Positions 1 through 11,519 of a stretch of DNA of 64,000 nt are shown here, piece by piece. Under the pieces are notes generated by a model that ran no database searches, was not told where the DNA came from, and saw only the letters and a program-made list of their open reading frames with translations. Source of the stretch: a candidate division FCPU426 bacterium. Lineage in GTDB: Bacteria > Oederibacteriota > Muellerivitia > Muellerivitales > Muellerivitaceae. The position numbers and the translations under genes were made by a program. The stretch is taken from positions 32,001 through 96,000 of the forward strand of contig CAWHOE010000027.1 in the NCBI GenBank assembly GCA_963830915.1. The letters are read 5' to 3'. The first letter of the stretch is position 1, and every line of letters begins with the position of its first letter.

Positions 1-5
1 TTATC

Positions 6-500
6 TTACTTCATACCCTCCTTCCTTTTTAGCAGCACTGTTTTGACTTCTTCGGGATGTCCCTTAGGAGAAACTTTGCGCCAGACATCGGTGATCGTTC
101 CTTCCGGGTTGATCAGGAATGTATCTCTTGATGTACCCAATATCTCTTTACCTAACAGAATCAATGGTTTCCAAGAGTCATAATCAGTGATTACCTTATG
201 ATCTGCGTCGCTCAGAAGAAGGATCGCAAGACTATATTTTTCGGCAAACTTCTGGTGGCTTTCCTGCGAATCGGTGCTTACACCAATGACCTGTGCACCA
301 AGATCCACAAAATTTTCGAGTGCCGCATTGAACTGCATTGCTTCAATCGTGCACCCCGGTGTGTTGTCCCGGGGATAAAAATACAAGACCACCCATTTTC
401 CCTTGAATGAACGAAGACAGAACGGTGTTCCTTGCGCATCCGGAAGACAGAAATCCGGTGCCGGTTTCCCGACCAAAGGGTCATCTTTTACTTCAGGCAT
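6..500 (-). CDS. bcp: Peroxiredoxin Bcp/PrxQ family
   Basis: VVLYFYPRDNTPGCTIEA peroxidatic Cys motif and AhpC/TSA fold; start taken at MPEVK (ORF track begins at 524). Confidence 0.9.
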   Translation of the reverse strand: MPEVKDDPLVGKPAPDFCLPDAQGTPFCLRSFKGKWVVLYFYPRDNTPGCTIEAMQFNAALENFVDLGAQVIGVSTDSQESHQKFAEKYSLAILLLSDADHKVITDYDSWKPLILLGKEILGTSRDTFLINPEGTITDVWRKVSPKGHPEEVKTVLLKRKEGMK

Positions 501-700
501 ACCAATCAAAGGCATGATTGCCACATCTGGTATTAAAGATGCGTTTGATACTTAGGAGAGTGCTCGGGATAAGGAAACAATACTCTACACGTTTCCCTGT
601 TGTTGTGGAGATCACAGAAATCTTCTAAACCTACATAACACAAATGCCCGACAGAAAAATACTATAATCTTTTCGACCTTCTGTTGTCATGTGGTGTGCC

Positions 701-1387
701 ATGGAAGATCTGGACGGGTTTTTCTCTTCCTGCATCGGAAGATACGACGAATCACTTGTACTCTTTGATCGGAAGATTCTTGCAGAACCGGGGAATCTCG
801 GGGCTTTTCTGGGAAAAGCTGCTTCCCTTGATCGTATAGGCCGGTTTGCGGATGCTCTTGCCGTTATCGAAAAGATCCACGCTATTGACCCACTTAATAC
901 CGATGCCTGGTACCTGGAGGGGTTTATCCTCTATCACCGGGGCGACCTGAGGCAGGCCCTTCCCTGCCTTAAAGAAACACTCAAGCTCGATCCCCGTCAC
1001 GTTGAAGCATGGAGTGCGAAAGGGAACTGCCATTACCACCTTGGCGAGCAGGATGAAGCGATGGAGAGTTATGAAGCCGCGATCCAGATCGATCCGGAAT
1101 ACCCCAAGCCATGGTATAATAAAGGCGTAGTTCTTTCCGATACCCAAAGATATGAAGAAGCGCTCGTCTGCTATAAGGAAGTGCTCCGCATCAATCCGGG
1201 TGTCGCAACAGTCTGGACAAATAAAGGGTACTGTCTGGCGATGACTGGCCGGTACGAGGATGCCGTAGACGCGTTCACCAATGCCCTTGATATCAATCCT
1301 TTTGACATCACCGCGTGGAACGACAAGGCAGCAGCCCTTCGCCGGCTTGGCCGGATGAGGAAGCGGAATTGTGTACGAGAAAAGTAA
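701..1387 (+). CDS. Tetratricopeptide repeat protein (C-terminus probably frameshifted)
   Basis: Several 34-aa TPR units (AWSAKGNCHYHLG, PWYNKGVVLSD, VWTNKGYCLAMTG, AWNDKAAALRRLG). Confidence 0.85.
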   Translation: MEDLDGFFSSCIGRYDESLVLFDRKILAEPGNLGAFLGKAASLDRIGRFADALAVIEKIHAIDPLNTDAWYLEGFILYHRGDLRQALPCLKETLKLDPRHVEAWSAKGNCHYHLGEQDEAMESYEAAIQIDPEYPKPWYNKGVVLSDTQRYEEALVCYKEVLRINPGVATVWTNKGYCLAMTGRYEDAVDAFTNALDINPFDITAWNDKAAALRRLGRMRKRNCVREK

Positions 1388-1494
1388 TAGAGATCAGCAA
1401 AAACCGCGGGCCATCGCTCGTACTCTGATACACACAGGGTAGTAGTGCGTTCTTGTAAACCTATTTGGGTTAATGGATTAAATGCACAAAAAAG

Positions 1495-1857
1495 TTATGC
1501 TGCGTTCGGGGCACTCTTGCCCTCGATTGCGGCCTTAATCTGGGTCTGGAGCTGCTCAAATTTTCCTTGGAGCATAGTCTCCTGTTTTTCCAGGGACTTG
1601 ATCCGGAGTTCCAGAGTCTCCACTTTCTCGGTTAGATTCTTGGTTACGTGTTCTTTTGACTTCTGTACCATGACCGTTCCGATGCTCATAAACATCGGCG
1701 TTTCATCGGCAGAGTCCTTGACCTCTTCCTCAGCCCTTTTTGCCTCGCGGACCGCCATTTGGTACTGGGCCTTTTGCTGGACAACGGTCTGAAGCTGTTG
1801 CTGGGCCTGCTGGAGCATGGCGAACTGGTTCTGAACTTTGGGGGATATGTTCTGCAT
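1495..1857 (-). CDS. pfdB: Prefoldin beta subunit
   Basis: Coiled-coil with central MFMSIGTVMV hairpin and ETLELRIKSLEKQE; last gene of the conserved archaeal superoperon. Confidence 0.92.
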   Translation of the reverse strand: MQNISPKVQNQFAMLQQAQQQLQTVVQQKAQYQMAVREAKRAEEEVKDSADETPMFMSIGTVMVQKSKEHVTKNLTEKVETLELRIKSLEKQETMLQGKFEQLQTQIKAAIEGKSAPNAA

Positions 1858-1926
1858 AGTATTCCTATCAGGTTTCATCTGCCAGCATTAAAAATGATTC
1901 CGCACACCGGCGGCTGTCGATAGTTT

Positions 1927-2162
1927 TCATGCGATCTCCTGCATTTCCTCGGCAATGCTCACAAGCCGCAGGAACATATTAAGGGCAGCTCGCAGAGCAG
2001 CGATGTCCTGGGCCTCGACTTGAAGAACGAGCGTATCAGTCCTTTCTAGCCAGCACCGGGTAGATGATCGTGGATTCACCTCATCGCTGAGCTCGGGAAG
2101 AAGCGAACGGAGGATCTTCTCCGCATGATCGGTAGTGAACCGGAAAAAGCTTCGTGCTGCAC
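1927..2162 (-). CDS. pcc1: KEOPS complex Pcc1-like subunit (absent from ORF track; 1-nt indel in an A-run near the start)
   Basis: Manual translation: ...FTTDHAEKILRSLLPELSDEVNPRS...LVLQVEAQDIAALRAALNMFLRLVSIAEE; canonical position between rpoP and pfdB. Confidence 0.85.
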
Positions 2163-2227
2163 AGTTATACCTCGTTGAGGTACTGGGAAAACCGAGAATA
2201 AAAAGGAGATGCCGGGAAATACCGTTA

Positions 2228-2362
2228 TTACTTGGCTTTGAGCTCTTTTATTGCTGCGCCACGTTCCTTGAAAAGAATACGGTGACCACAATAGGGGCAT
2301 CGGACGTTAACGTCGATCTCCACTTTCTGTTTGCACCGAGCGCACTTGTAACTGCTTGCCAT
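2228..2362 (-). CDS. rpoP: DNA-directed RNA polymerase subunit P (Rpo12)
   Basis: [34 protein letters not shown] zinc ribbon. Confidence 0.93.
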   Translation of the reverse strand: MASSYKCARCKQKVEIDVNVRCPYCGHRILFKERGAAIKELKAK

Positions 2363-2376
2363 TATGGAGTCCTGAA

Positions 2377-2682
2377 TTACTGCTTCTTTTCTTCGACAAC
2401 AACACCGGAGCGTTCGATTGCACGCAGAGCTACCCGGAGTACCGGGGTCTCGGGCTGGTATGCACCACCGGCAAACTTGTATCCGCATTTCCGGCATCCC
2501 CAGATACCTGTTCCCTTACGCTGGAGAGACTCGGTGTCGCACCGGGGCACCGGTGTACTGCCCTTGAGATTTTCTCCATTTCGGCGACACGCTTGCGGAC
2601 GAATCTTCCATACCTGCAGCCGAAACGCCCTGCACTACCGGTTACTTTTCCTTTTGCTGATTTATCGGAGACTTTTTGCCAT
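2377..2682 (-). CDS. rpl37ae: 50S ribosomal protein L37Ae (eL43), frameshifted in this sequence
   Basis: Manual translation across an indel: [27 protein letters not shown]...HRCPRC...; syntenic upstream of rpoP. Confidence 0.9.
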
Positions 2683-2725
2683 GATTAATATCCACCGAAT
2701 TGACTTTCTATATTTGTCTTATCGA

Positions 2726-3429
2726 TTAATATACTTGATTGAGGATCTTGACCTGACCTTCGCCTTTGCTGAGCTTGTTTATGAGGTCATAGAACTCACT
2801 CTGGATACCTGCCGGAATTCTCACGACGCAGACCCAGGAACCATCCTTCTGCCATTCATCTTTTTCCATAGTGCTTGCCGCCGCAATATCACCGTATGCG
2901 CGGGCTGCGTTGTCGGGCGGGATCCTGATGGCAAGCCGGAGTTCCTCGAATCGTATGGGAAGGATCGGACGCAGCGCTTTTACAACCTCTTTAACCTGTT
3001 CATCGACATGTTTGAATGGATCGATGTTGACCCGGGCTTCTTCCATAGCCATTTCTATCCGGTGTGGCGGATGCGGGTGGCCGGTTGGGGGTTGACCGCG
3101 TTCCGTGCAATGAATGTAATCACTTTACGGCGCTTTTCCTCGGTCATCTCCTTTCTCTGGTCGGCAGTCAGATGGATCTCGCCTTTTTCGATGATCTTTT
3201 TTGCAACCGTTGCAAAATCCGTAGTGTGGAATACTTTTTCCAAAGACTCTTCGGATGCCCGGGTTGCTTTTGACGAATTCCCGAATACATTGAGAGCAGC
3301 GACGGCATCTTCGATATTGATATTCTCGCCTTGACGAATCCGGGCTGCCAGATGGGGTTCAACCAGTATTTCGAACTTTTCCCCGTGACTTTCTAGCCGG
3401 GCGACGACCGCCTGCTCAAGATTGATCAT
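2726..3429 (-). CDS. Ribosome maturation protein SBDS/Sdo1 family (split by frameshift near 3055)
   Basis: [17 protein letters not shown]-terminus and [13 protein letters not shown]...[11 protein letters not shown]-terminal part in two adjacent ORFs. Confidence 0.92.
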
Positions 3430-3435
3430 ACAGGA

Positions 3436-4159
3436 TCACTGTTTAAACTGACCGACATACGAGGCGACTTCTTCTTTTGCCATCTTCCGGAACGCCTTTG
3501 CCTCACATTCGACAATTCCCATCTCTACGGTATCGACGTCGAACTTGCCTTCCGTCGCCGAGTGAAGGGCCTTGAGGCCAAGGAGAATAGCGTCTTTGAT
3601 CGAAAGACCTTCATTGTATTCTTCTTCAAAGACCTTCATGGCGGCTGGCCTTCCAATCCCTATACCAGTAGCCTTGTACTCAAGAAGAGTACCAGATGGA
3701 TCAGTCTCGAAAAGCCGGCATTCGTTGTCGCTTACCCCGGCAATTAAAAGGGCTGTGCCATAGGGCCGGATACCGCCGTACTGGGTGAGGGTTTGCATAT
3801 GATCGCAGAGTTTCTTTGCAAGTGCCTCGACCTCGATACGTTCATCATAGGAAACCCGGTTTATCTGGCATTCGATCCCGGCCCGATCTACAAGAGCCCG
3901 TGCGTCACCAACAAGGCCCGATGATGCGACCCCGATATGGTCATCAATCTTGAAGATCTTCTCGATTGATGAGGATTCAAAGCAGCTTAGAACTGACACG
4001 CTTGTCGACGATAAGTGCAACGCCCCCCTGGGCCTTTATCCCAACAGCTGTTGTTCCTCGCTTTACTGCCTCCCGGGCATATTCTACCTGGTAAAGCCTG
4101 CCATCGGGCGAAAAAACAGTGATCGCCCGGTCATAGCCCATCTGATATTGTGGTTGCAT
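3436..4159 (-). CDS. psmA: Proteasome alpha subunit (frameshift near 3980)
   Basis: [24 protein letters not shown] signature, [19 protein letters not shown]. Confidence 0.96.
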
Positions 4160-4183
4160 GGATAATCTCCAGATCTTCTGTTG

Positions 4184-4656
4184 TTAAGAACAATCGACGT
4201 GTATTTTTAAATCCCTTTTCAAGGCATCAACCTTGTGACCGTACCACTGCGCGATCTCTACCGGGGACGCATCAAACTGGTAGTGGGACAGGAGAGCAAC
4301 CTCATTTTTCGGGGCGGATCCCTGCGCCACTATCCGTTCCCGCAGGCTCTCGATCGTGCCGGAGACTGCAAGGGTACCTGAGCGCCAATGTGATATCCCG
4401 GCAGATCGAAACGGTGGAGAGTGCAATTGCAAACTCGCGTTCGGCTCCACGGCGACAGCGCAGGAGAGCGTATCTTCCCTTCCACTGCAATTACCGACGG
4501 CTGCATTGCAGCGGCTGACATGTCCCCGAACAGCGAAACAACCGCTTCGTACACTGCGTAATACAGGTCTTTTGCCTCAGGATTTGTGCCAGCCGGGTCG
4601 ATGCGGGCGAGCAGGTACCGGCGTTTTTCCCTGAGTGTTGGCGGACGGACACTCAC
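4184..4656 (-). CDS. rnp2: RNase P protein component 2 (Pop5/Rpp14), frameshifted
   Basis: RPPTLREKRRYLL N-terminus and downstream SGTI motif; lies between rnp3 and psmA. Confidence 0.85.
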
Positions 4657-5294
4657 CGTATCACCTTCACGGCAGCATCCCCAAATGCGGTAACCCGGCT
4701 GACGCCGGCAAGTGCTTTTTCAACATCAGTCTCGTCCATACCAAAGAGCGAGCATAAACCAGTGACTTCTCGCACCGTTCGCAGGCCAAGAACTGACCGT
4801 GTCGATGATGAGATAGTAAGGGGAAACTCGAACCTGCGGTACAGGATCAGATCCAAATAGCGGTGAATCGCTTTTTGCCGGAAATGACCGCGGCCGAATA
4901 TAAGCGGGAAAAGATCGATATCGACAGCGGTCGTATTATCTGCCGCTATTTTGGCGGCCACATGGTCGAACGCTTTTTTATCCGCACAACTGACATCCCG
5001 GAGTATATGGACGCCGGTCGTCCCGGCAACGGCCCGGTTAAAACCGTTGTCTCCGGCACTGACGGACACGATCGTACCGGTCCCCTTGCTTTTTTTTACC
5101 ATGGCCTGGATTTCCCTTGCCGTTATCCCGGTAAGGAAAATACCCGGAATCACATCGATGCCATACACGTTGGCTGCAGGAGTGTCTGCGGCTACGATAC
5201 TGTCGAACCCGCACATATGTGCCTCAAGCGCTAGCCGGCAGGCCGATGAATCACCTGCAGGATAGGGATACACGCAGGCATCGGTAATCTTCAT
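4653..5294 (-). CDS. rnp3: RNase P protein component 3 (Rpp30)
   Basis: PHP-like fold, FNRAV, FDHVAAKIAADN, LTISS...LRTVRE; synteny. Confidence 0.88.
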   Translation of the reverse strand: MKITDACVYPYPAGDSSACRLALEAHMCGFDSIVAADTPAANVYGIDVIPGIFLTGITAREIQAMVKKSKGTGTIVSVSAGDNGFNRAVAGTTGVHILRDVSCADKKAFDHVAAKIAADNTTAVDIDLFPLIFGRGHFRQKAIHRYLDLILYRRFEFPLTISSSTRSVLGLRTVREVTGLCSLFGMDETDVEKALAGVSRVTAFGDAAVKVIR

Positions 5295-5326
5295 AAAGGT
5301 AACCTTAGTGGGAAAAAAGAATAAGA

Positions 5327-5917
5327 TTATTTGCCCTGATTCGCATGGGAGCGGATGCTCGGGCGGGTCTTTTCGGTACCCCTTCCCCGGGTCCTCATAC
5401 CACGGCCACGGCGGCCTGCTGCGGTCTTCCCACGTTCTGCACGGCCGCGATGAGTGGGGTTACCTACCCAGGCAAGGTTTGCATCACTCTGGATGACCGG
5501 GTGATGACCATCGACAAGAATGACCTCGTAATATTTCAGCTTGCCGTCCTGACCAACCCAGTACGAATTAAGTACTTCCATATTCGGGTACCGGCTGGAT
5601 GCTCGTTCCTCAGCAATGCGCTGGATGCTTTTTCCAGGGGTGCTCCGGTTCTTGCCCATCCGGGCTGAGCGGCGTGCCCTGACATACCGGGAGACCCGGC
5701 GGCCACCACGGCGGACCTGGACACGTGCAACAACTATGCCTTGTTTTGCCTTATACCCAAGTGATCGTGCGCGGTCGATACGGGTCGGACGCTCTATCCT
5801 CGTGACACTGCCTTCACGGCGCCATTCCTGCATCCTGTTCCAGAGCAGTTCTTTCACATAGGATTTTTCAGGGCGTGCCCATGCGTCCCTGACATACGCA
5901 TACATCGATTTAACCAT
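5327..5917 (-). CDS. rpl15e: 50S ribosomal protein L15e
   Basis: [42 protein letters not shown]. Confidence 0.97.
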   Translation of the reverse strand: MVKSMYAYVRDAWARPEKSYVKELLWNRMQEWRREGSVTRIERPTRIDRARSLGYKAKQGIVVARVQVRRGGRRVSRYVRARRSARMGKNRSTPGKSIQRIAEERASSRYPNMEVLNSYWVGQDGKLKYYEVILVDGHHPVIQSDANLAWVGNPTHRGRAERGKTAAGRRGRGMRTRGRGTEKTRPSIRSHANQGK

Positions 5918-6033
5918 TGTATTAACACCTCAAGGTTCGGCCCAGAAGGGCTACATTCCTTTCAACGGGACAATATCCCGTAGTCCTATAGAATATGTTA
6001 GTAGGGATATTAAATTAATCGAAGGTCGACCTT

Positions 6034-6504
6034 TTATGGCGACCCCTTGCGTTTCTCGACGACATGAATGCCATCGATTCGGGTTGCGGGATACTGGCCG
6101 TTCTCATCTTTTTCTGCTGACTTAACCATGTCCCAGATGGTCAGAAGAGCGACCGAGACACCGGTTAGGGCTTCCATTTCAACACCGGTTTTTCCGGTGG
6201 ATTTCGTGGTCACCGTTGCTTCGATGTACATATCGGATTGGACAAAGTCCACAGTAATGGCACCAAGCAGAATAGTATGACACATAGGGATAATCCGGGG
6301 TGTTTCTTTAACGGCGAGCGTGGCAGCAACCCGGGCGGTGGCAAGCACGTTCCCTTTGACAACGGATCCTTCCTTGATAGCAGTAAGTGTTACCGGCCGC
6401 AGGTAAATCCGGCCGGTGGCCACCGCTTCGCGCACAACATCAGATTTTGCGCTGATATCCACCATCTGTGCCATTCCGTCTGCAATATGAGTAAATTCGA
6501 CCAT
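6034..6504 (-). CDS. moaC: Cyclic pyranopterin monophosphate synthase
   Basis: MVDISAK, KGNVLATARVAA, IPMCH, TGVEMEALTG, WDMVKS. Confidence 0.95.
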   Translation of the reverse strand: MVEFTHIADGMAQMVDISAKSDVVREAVATGRIYLRPVTLTAIKEGSVVKGNVLATARVAATLAVKETPRIIPMCHTILLGAITVDFVQSDMYIEATVTTKSTGKTGVEMEALTGVSVALLTIWDMVKSAEKDENGQYPATRIDGIHVVEKRKGSP

Positions 6505-7927
6505 TACCGTTGTCTCCTGAATAGCTCTTCCGGGATCGGTCGATCAGGTCGGAAGCAAGCATGCCCTGTCCCGATCACTTCACTACACGTTCTCCTGCCC
6601 GGCCGTTCACGTACGCGGCTATCCCAGCCGCCTCGAAGGCCGGTAGGTGGCAGAGCAGCGCACCGCATACACCGGCGAGTACATCTCCTGTCCCGCCAAC
6701 GCTCATGGCAGGGTCGCCGGTCCGGTTAAACCGGGTTCTGTGCCCATCGGAGATGACGTCAACCGGCCCCTTAAGGAGAATGGTGCCGCCAAGTCGTGTT
6801 GCTGCTTCCTGCACAGCCCTGGCCCTGCCACACGCATCACCGGCATCAGCGGAGAGCTTGACACCAGAGATGCGGGCAAATTCCCCGGCATGGGGTGTAT
6901 AGATAGTCTCCCCGGCAGCTTTTGGAAGCGGAAGCCGTAGTCCATCAGCGTCGAACACTGCTTTTTTACAATGCGGGGCAACGGCAAGGACAATGTCATG
7001 ACTTTCCGTTCCCATACCATTTCCGCATACGACGACATCGGCTCGACTTGCAAGTGCGATGAGCTTTTCAATGTGTTCTGTCCCGATCCGGTCGCCGGTG
7101 AGGCGTTCGAAGATAAGATCAGGCACCGGTTCATAGACCGGGGACGCCACCCTAACAATATCGGCGCCAGTCCGAAGGGCCGCAAGGCCTGCAAGATAAG
7201 GGGCTCCCTGGTAGGGCCCACCTCCTATTATGAGTACGGTGCCCCCTACACCTTTGTGGCTTGTGTTTTTCCGCGCCGGGAGAAGTGTCAGGCCCCGGGG
7301 CCGGTGCAGATCTCTGCTTCAATGGGGGCCCCCAATATCAACGACGTCAGAACCAGTCACCTTGGGCCGGTGGAATGCACAGATCCGGTCTGCCCGCATA
7401 CCAGGGGAGGGAACATCAGCAGCAACGATCTTTGCTCCGGATGCATTTGCCATCGCCGTGCATGTTGCCAAGGGTTCTTTGAGAGCCCCTGCTGCACCGG
7501 TCCCGAGAAGGGCATCGACGATGACATCTGCCTTTTCGAAAAGGAGGGCAAGGGCACGCAGGTCATCTGTGGATACAAAAGGATGGATATTGACCTGGCA
7601 GCCGGGCAATGCAGCCAGTTGGTGGGCGCTAGCCGGGGAACGTTTGCCATAATCCAAATAGAAGACATTCGTATTCACACCGTGCTGGAGGTACCGGGCA
7701 GCCACCATTCCGTCTCCCCCGTTGTTTCCGCGTCCACAGAGAATAGGTACCGAGGCCGGTTGGAGATCGAGTACTGACGCCGCAAGTGCTTTTCCAGCAC
7801 TTTCCATCAACTGGAGGCTGGTGACGCCGAGCGCCTGCGCGTTTTCGTCAACTGCGCGCATCCGTGCCGGGGTTATTATACCTGTTTCGAGGAAATCCGC
7901 TGCACATAAGTTGAGATCGGGCCGCAT
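6504..7927 (-). CDS. nnr: Bifunctional NAD(P)H-hydrate epimerase/dehydratase (several frameshifts)
   Basis: YjeF_N part (LMESAG, CGRGNNGGDG, DALLGTG) and carbohydrate-kinase part (TPHAGEF, LLKGPVD, GGTGDVLAG). Confidence 0.9.
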
Positions 7928-7968
7928 ATACTACACTTCATCTGTAAGTACTCCATAAATAATAGACA

Positions 7969-9367
7969 ATGGGTTTCAGCGATGATGTGAAGGCAGCTGC
8001 CGAACAAATCACGGCTGCACATGGGATTACCATCATCTCCCACATCGACGCAGACGGTATCTCCTGTGAAGCTATTCTTTCTCAGGCAATCACAAGGAAG
8101 GGAATACCCTGCCGTTCTGTTTTTGTCCGGCAGCTTGAGCCATTAACCATGCCCCAAGTCCCGGACGATGCCACACTTAAGGTATTTGCCGATATGGGAG
8201 CAGGCCATCAGGCCCTTATTGCCGGCCGGGGTCTGAAAGAAAAAGATGTATTATTGTCGACCATCACGTGAGCCAGCCCGGAGATGTCATATATCCGCAG
8301 GCAAATTGTCTCCCTTACGGATATACCAAGATGAGTGCCGCCGGGGTCGCCTACTTTGTCGCAAAATCTATGGACGAGGCTAATGCTGATCTAGCAAAGC
8401 TTGCAATTATAGGTAACGTGGGAGACATGATGGCCCGTGAGACCTGTGGGCTTGTAGGGCCTGCCCGCGAGCAAATCGTGGAAGATGGGATCAAGCACGG
8501 GTCGGTTCAGGTCTGTAAAAAAGATCTCAATTGCTACGGGACCGCCACCCGGCCTGTCCACCTCTCGCTTACCTATAATGATGATCCTTTCATCAAAGGG
8601 ATAAGTAACAATCCTGAAGGCGCAAAACAGTTCCTTAAAAAACTAGGTATTGTCCAGCAGAGCCCTGACGGTCGCTGGTATGTTTGGGAAGAACTTTCCG
8701 ACGAAGATCGGCGCCGGATATCTCAGCACTTGCCGAGCAGCTTATCGCAAACGGTGAACGGGTGGACCGACTCCTTGCCGAGACTTACCGATTCCCGGGC
8801 GAAATCCCTAGAACACCGCTAAGGAACGCCCAGGAATACTCGACTCTCCTCAATGCTTGTGGCAGGTGGACAAAACCAGCAGTCGGGAGCGCTATCCTCA
8901 AGGGTGACCGGGGAATTGCATACCGCGAGGCAGAACATATGCTCGGTAATCACCGGGCAATTATCCGGAACCTTCTGCAGTATATCATCGAGACTGGGGT
9001 ACGGGAACTCGATTATGTACAGTATATCCACGTGGGAGGAAGGTTTCCGGACACCATTGTTGGTATTGGAGCAGGGATGGCACTTTCAAAGGTTAATAGC
9101 CAGAAGCCTATTCTTATCATGTGCGAAGTGCCTGAGGACAAGAACCTGACCAAGGTATCGATGCGCACGACCGAGCGGGTCATTGAACGAGGCGTTGATC
9201 TCCAGAAAGCAATAAGCGATGCCTCGGCAGAATATGGCGGCGGGGGCGGGGGACATAAGATCGCCGCTGGAGCTTTTATCCCCAAACCCGCAGAACAGGA
9301 GTTTGTTAACCGTGTCAACAGGATACTCGGAGAACAGTTCGCTTCGCAGGGTGCAGACAATCGCTGA
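7969..9367 (+). CDS. RecJ-like DHH/DHHA1 phosphoesterase (two frameshifts)
   Basis: SHIDADG, DMGAG, DHH at about 8260, GGGGGHKIAAGA DHHA1 motif. Confidence 0.88.
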
Positions 9368-9866
9368 CTATCAGTTCGGGAGTCTTTGCGGGACCAGGCT
9401 ATTTCCTGAGGACTGTGAGTTTCTGCTCTCGACGACCGGAAGGATTCGCCAAATCCTTTACGGGGGAGTACGGCTTGCAACTATCCGGGCTTCTGACGGC
9501 AGGTTAACGCTAGGGATCGAAGGGGCCCGACGGCTTCAAACCATCCTCGCGCCACCCGGTTATCGGGTTGTAATCCTTGAAGATGTCGCGGCGTTTGTGG
9601 CACAGGGAAAAAACGCGTTTGCAAAACATGTTGTCGCGGCTGATTCGCAGATCCGCGCGGGCGACGACGTACTCGTTGTAGCTGGCGGCGATCGGCTCCT
9701 TGCCTGCGGCGCAGCCCTCCTTTCGGGCGCAGAGATGCTTGCATTTAATTATGGTGCAGCGGTAAGAGTACGGCAGGGTAGTGAAAAAAATGCTTCCGGG
9801 AAACATCAATCCACGCCAGATGAAAGCGATGATGAAGAAGCTCGGCATGCAGGTCGAGCCAATTGA
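9312..9866 (+). CDS. PUA-domain protein resembling the C-terminal domains of archaeosine tRNA-guanine transglycosylase; true stop probably near 9793
   Basis: IADYQFG, TGRIRQI, LATIRASDG, FVAQGKNAFAKHVVAADSQIRAGDDVLVV, AVRVRQG. Confidence 0.8.
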   Translation: MSTGYSENSSLRRVQTIADYQFGSLCGTRLFPEDCEFLLSTTGRIRQILYGGVRLATIRASDGRLTLGIEGARRLQTILAPPGYRVVILEDVAAFVAQGKNAFAKHVVAADSQIRAGDDVLVVAGGDRLLACGAALLSGAEMLAFNYGAAVRVRQGSEKNASGKHQSTPDESDDEEARHAGRAN

Positions 9867-10131
9867 AGACGTCGAAAGTATTGTAATAAAGACACCTAAG
9901 GGTAACTGGGTGTTCGGGCCTGTCGAAGTAACAGCGATGACCATGCAGGGTGCAACCACCTACCAAATTGTGGGAACCCCCCGGTTTGAAGAAGCTGCGG
10001 TCGAAATCCCCGCAGAAGATATCGCTATGGTAGCCGAGCAGGCCCAAGTACCTGCGGAAAAAGCCAAGGAAGCACTGATCACGACCAAAGGCGACATTGC
10101 CGAAGCGATCCTGAAACTCTCTTCGCCATGA
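9790..10131 (+). CDS. nac: Nascent polypeptide-associated complex protein
   Basis: NPRQMKAMMKKLGM and C-terminal UBA-like EDIAMVAEQA...KGDIAEAILKL. Confidence 0.93.
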   Translation: MLPGNINPRQMKAMMKKLGMQVEPIEDVESIVIKTPKGNWVFGPVEVTAMTMQGATTYQIVGTPRFEEAAVEIPAEDIAMVAEQAQVPAEKAKEALITTKGDIAEAILKLSSP

Positions 10132-10852
10132 TTGACGAGGGGGACCGTGTCCTTTTAGTCGGTGAGGGACGGGAATTTTTCACCCGGGCTGGCCCGGGAA
10201 AGCTATCTACCGATAAGGGCCAGATTGAGCTTGCCGGTCTTATCGGGGCAGAACCAGGCGCTGTAATTACCACCCACACCGGAGCTGAGTTCGTGGTCCG
10301 GATCCCCGGCCCACTGATTTTTTCGTACACGGTAAACGGTCCGGTGCACCTATGCTCCCTAAAGACATCGGCCTTGTAATTGCCTACACAGGTATGAACC
10401 ACAAAGACGACGTCCTTGACGCAGGGACGGGAAGCGGAGTCGCGGCGATCTATTTTGGCGGGATTGCAGCACGTGTGAAAACCTATGAGATTAGGCCTGA
10501 GTTCTCGGCGCTTGCGTTAAAAAACATCAAAGAAGCAAAATTAGAGAACATCGAAGCTATCGCTGGTGATGTCCTCACTGCTGAAGGGATGTACGACGTC
10601 ATTCACCTCGATATGCAGATTGCAACAGACCATGTATACTTTGCCTATGACCATCTCCGGGCGGGAGGATATCTTGCCTGCTATACACCGTTCTTAGAAC
10701 AGATGGGCATTGTTGTCGATGCGGCACAATCTCGATTCCCTGAGGTCCATACTCATGAGCTGATCGAACGGGAAATGACCCGGTCAAAACGGGGAACGCG
10801 TCCTTCTACAAGCGTAAGCCATTCAGGATACATTACTATAGCTCGGAAATAG
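10128..10852 (+). CDS. trmI: tRNA (adenine-N1)-methyltransferase TrmI/GCD14-like (frameshift near 10310)
   Basis: PKDIGLVI, VLDAGTGSG SAM motif, YTPFLEQ, HSGYITIARK. Confidence 0.85.
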
Positions 10853-10893
10853 ACGTCATCGAATTCATTTCCACAATCTAGATTGAAACAAAC

Positions 10894-11445
10894 ATGGATC
10901 TTATCACCTTCGTTTTCATCGGTATCGGTCTTTCGATGGACTGTTTTGCGATTGCCCTTATGATCGGTGCAACCACAAAAGTCCGTCTCCTAACTGCTGC
11001 GGTAGCAATCGGTCTTTGTTTTGGGATTTTTCAGGGAGGTATAACCTTACTTGGCTGGGTTGCCGGGATCAGTCTTGCAAATATTGTTACCGTGTATGGT
11101 ACGGTTATAGCCTTTGTAATTCTGTCCTTGATCGGAGTAAAGATGATTATTGAGGGTGTGAAACGGAAAGAAGAATGCATCGAACTAATCCAACCTGTAT
11201 CCGTAATATGTCTTTCAATAGCGACAAGCATTGACGCTTTCCCCGCCGGGATGTCGTTTGGTATCCTTAAATCGCCTGTTTTCCTGCCCGCTTTAATCAT
11301 AGGCATTGTTGCGTTCACCTGCTCTTTTATTGGCGTCATGGCGGGGAAGCGATTTGAGCGGATCCTTGGCAATAAATCTGATATTGTCGGCGGTATTATC
11401 CTTATCCTGATGGGCATAAGGATCCTTACCGGGATCCTTCTCTGA
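10894..11445 (+). CDS. mntP: Manganese efflux pump MntP family
   Basis: Duplicated LSMDCFA / ATSIDAF motifs, six hydrophobic helices, GGIILILMG. Confidence 0.88.
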   Translation: MDLITFVFIGIGLSMDCFAIALMIGATTKVRLLTAAVAIGLCFGIFQGGITLLGWVAGISLANIVTVYGTVIAFVILSLIGVKMIIEGVKRKEECIELIQPVSVICLSIATSIDAFPAGMSFGILKSPVFLPALIIGIVAFTCSFIGVMAGKRFERILGNKSDIVGGIILILMGIRILTGILL

Positions 11446-11519
11446 TAACCTTTCCTGATATTCAGACCGAAACTGCACCATAATTCCAGAGAGATCCGGA
11501 AAACGAAAAAAGTGACGTA

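Noticed and set aside
2135..3334. 399-aa + strand ORF and other long antisense ORFs (e.g. 53231-54478, 55935-56915, 34821-35885)
   Set aside because: Shadows of well-supported opposite-strand genes, with no recognisable motifs.
10853..10893. yybP-ykoY manganese riboswitch before mntP
   Set aside because: Only about 40 bp of intergenic space, with no such structure.
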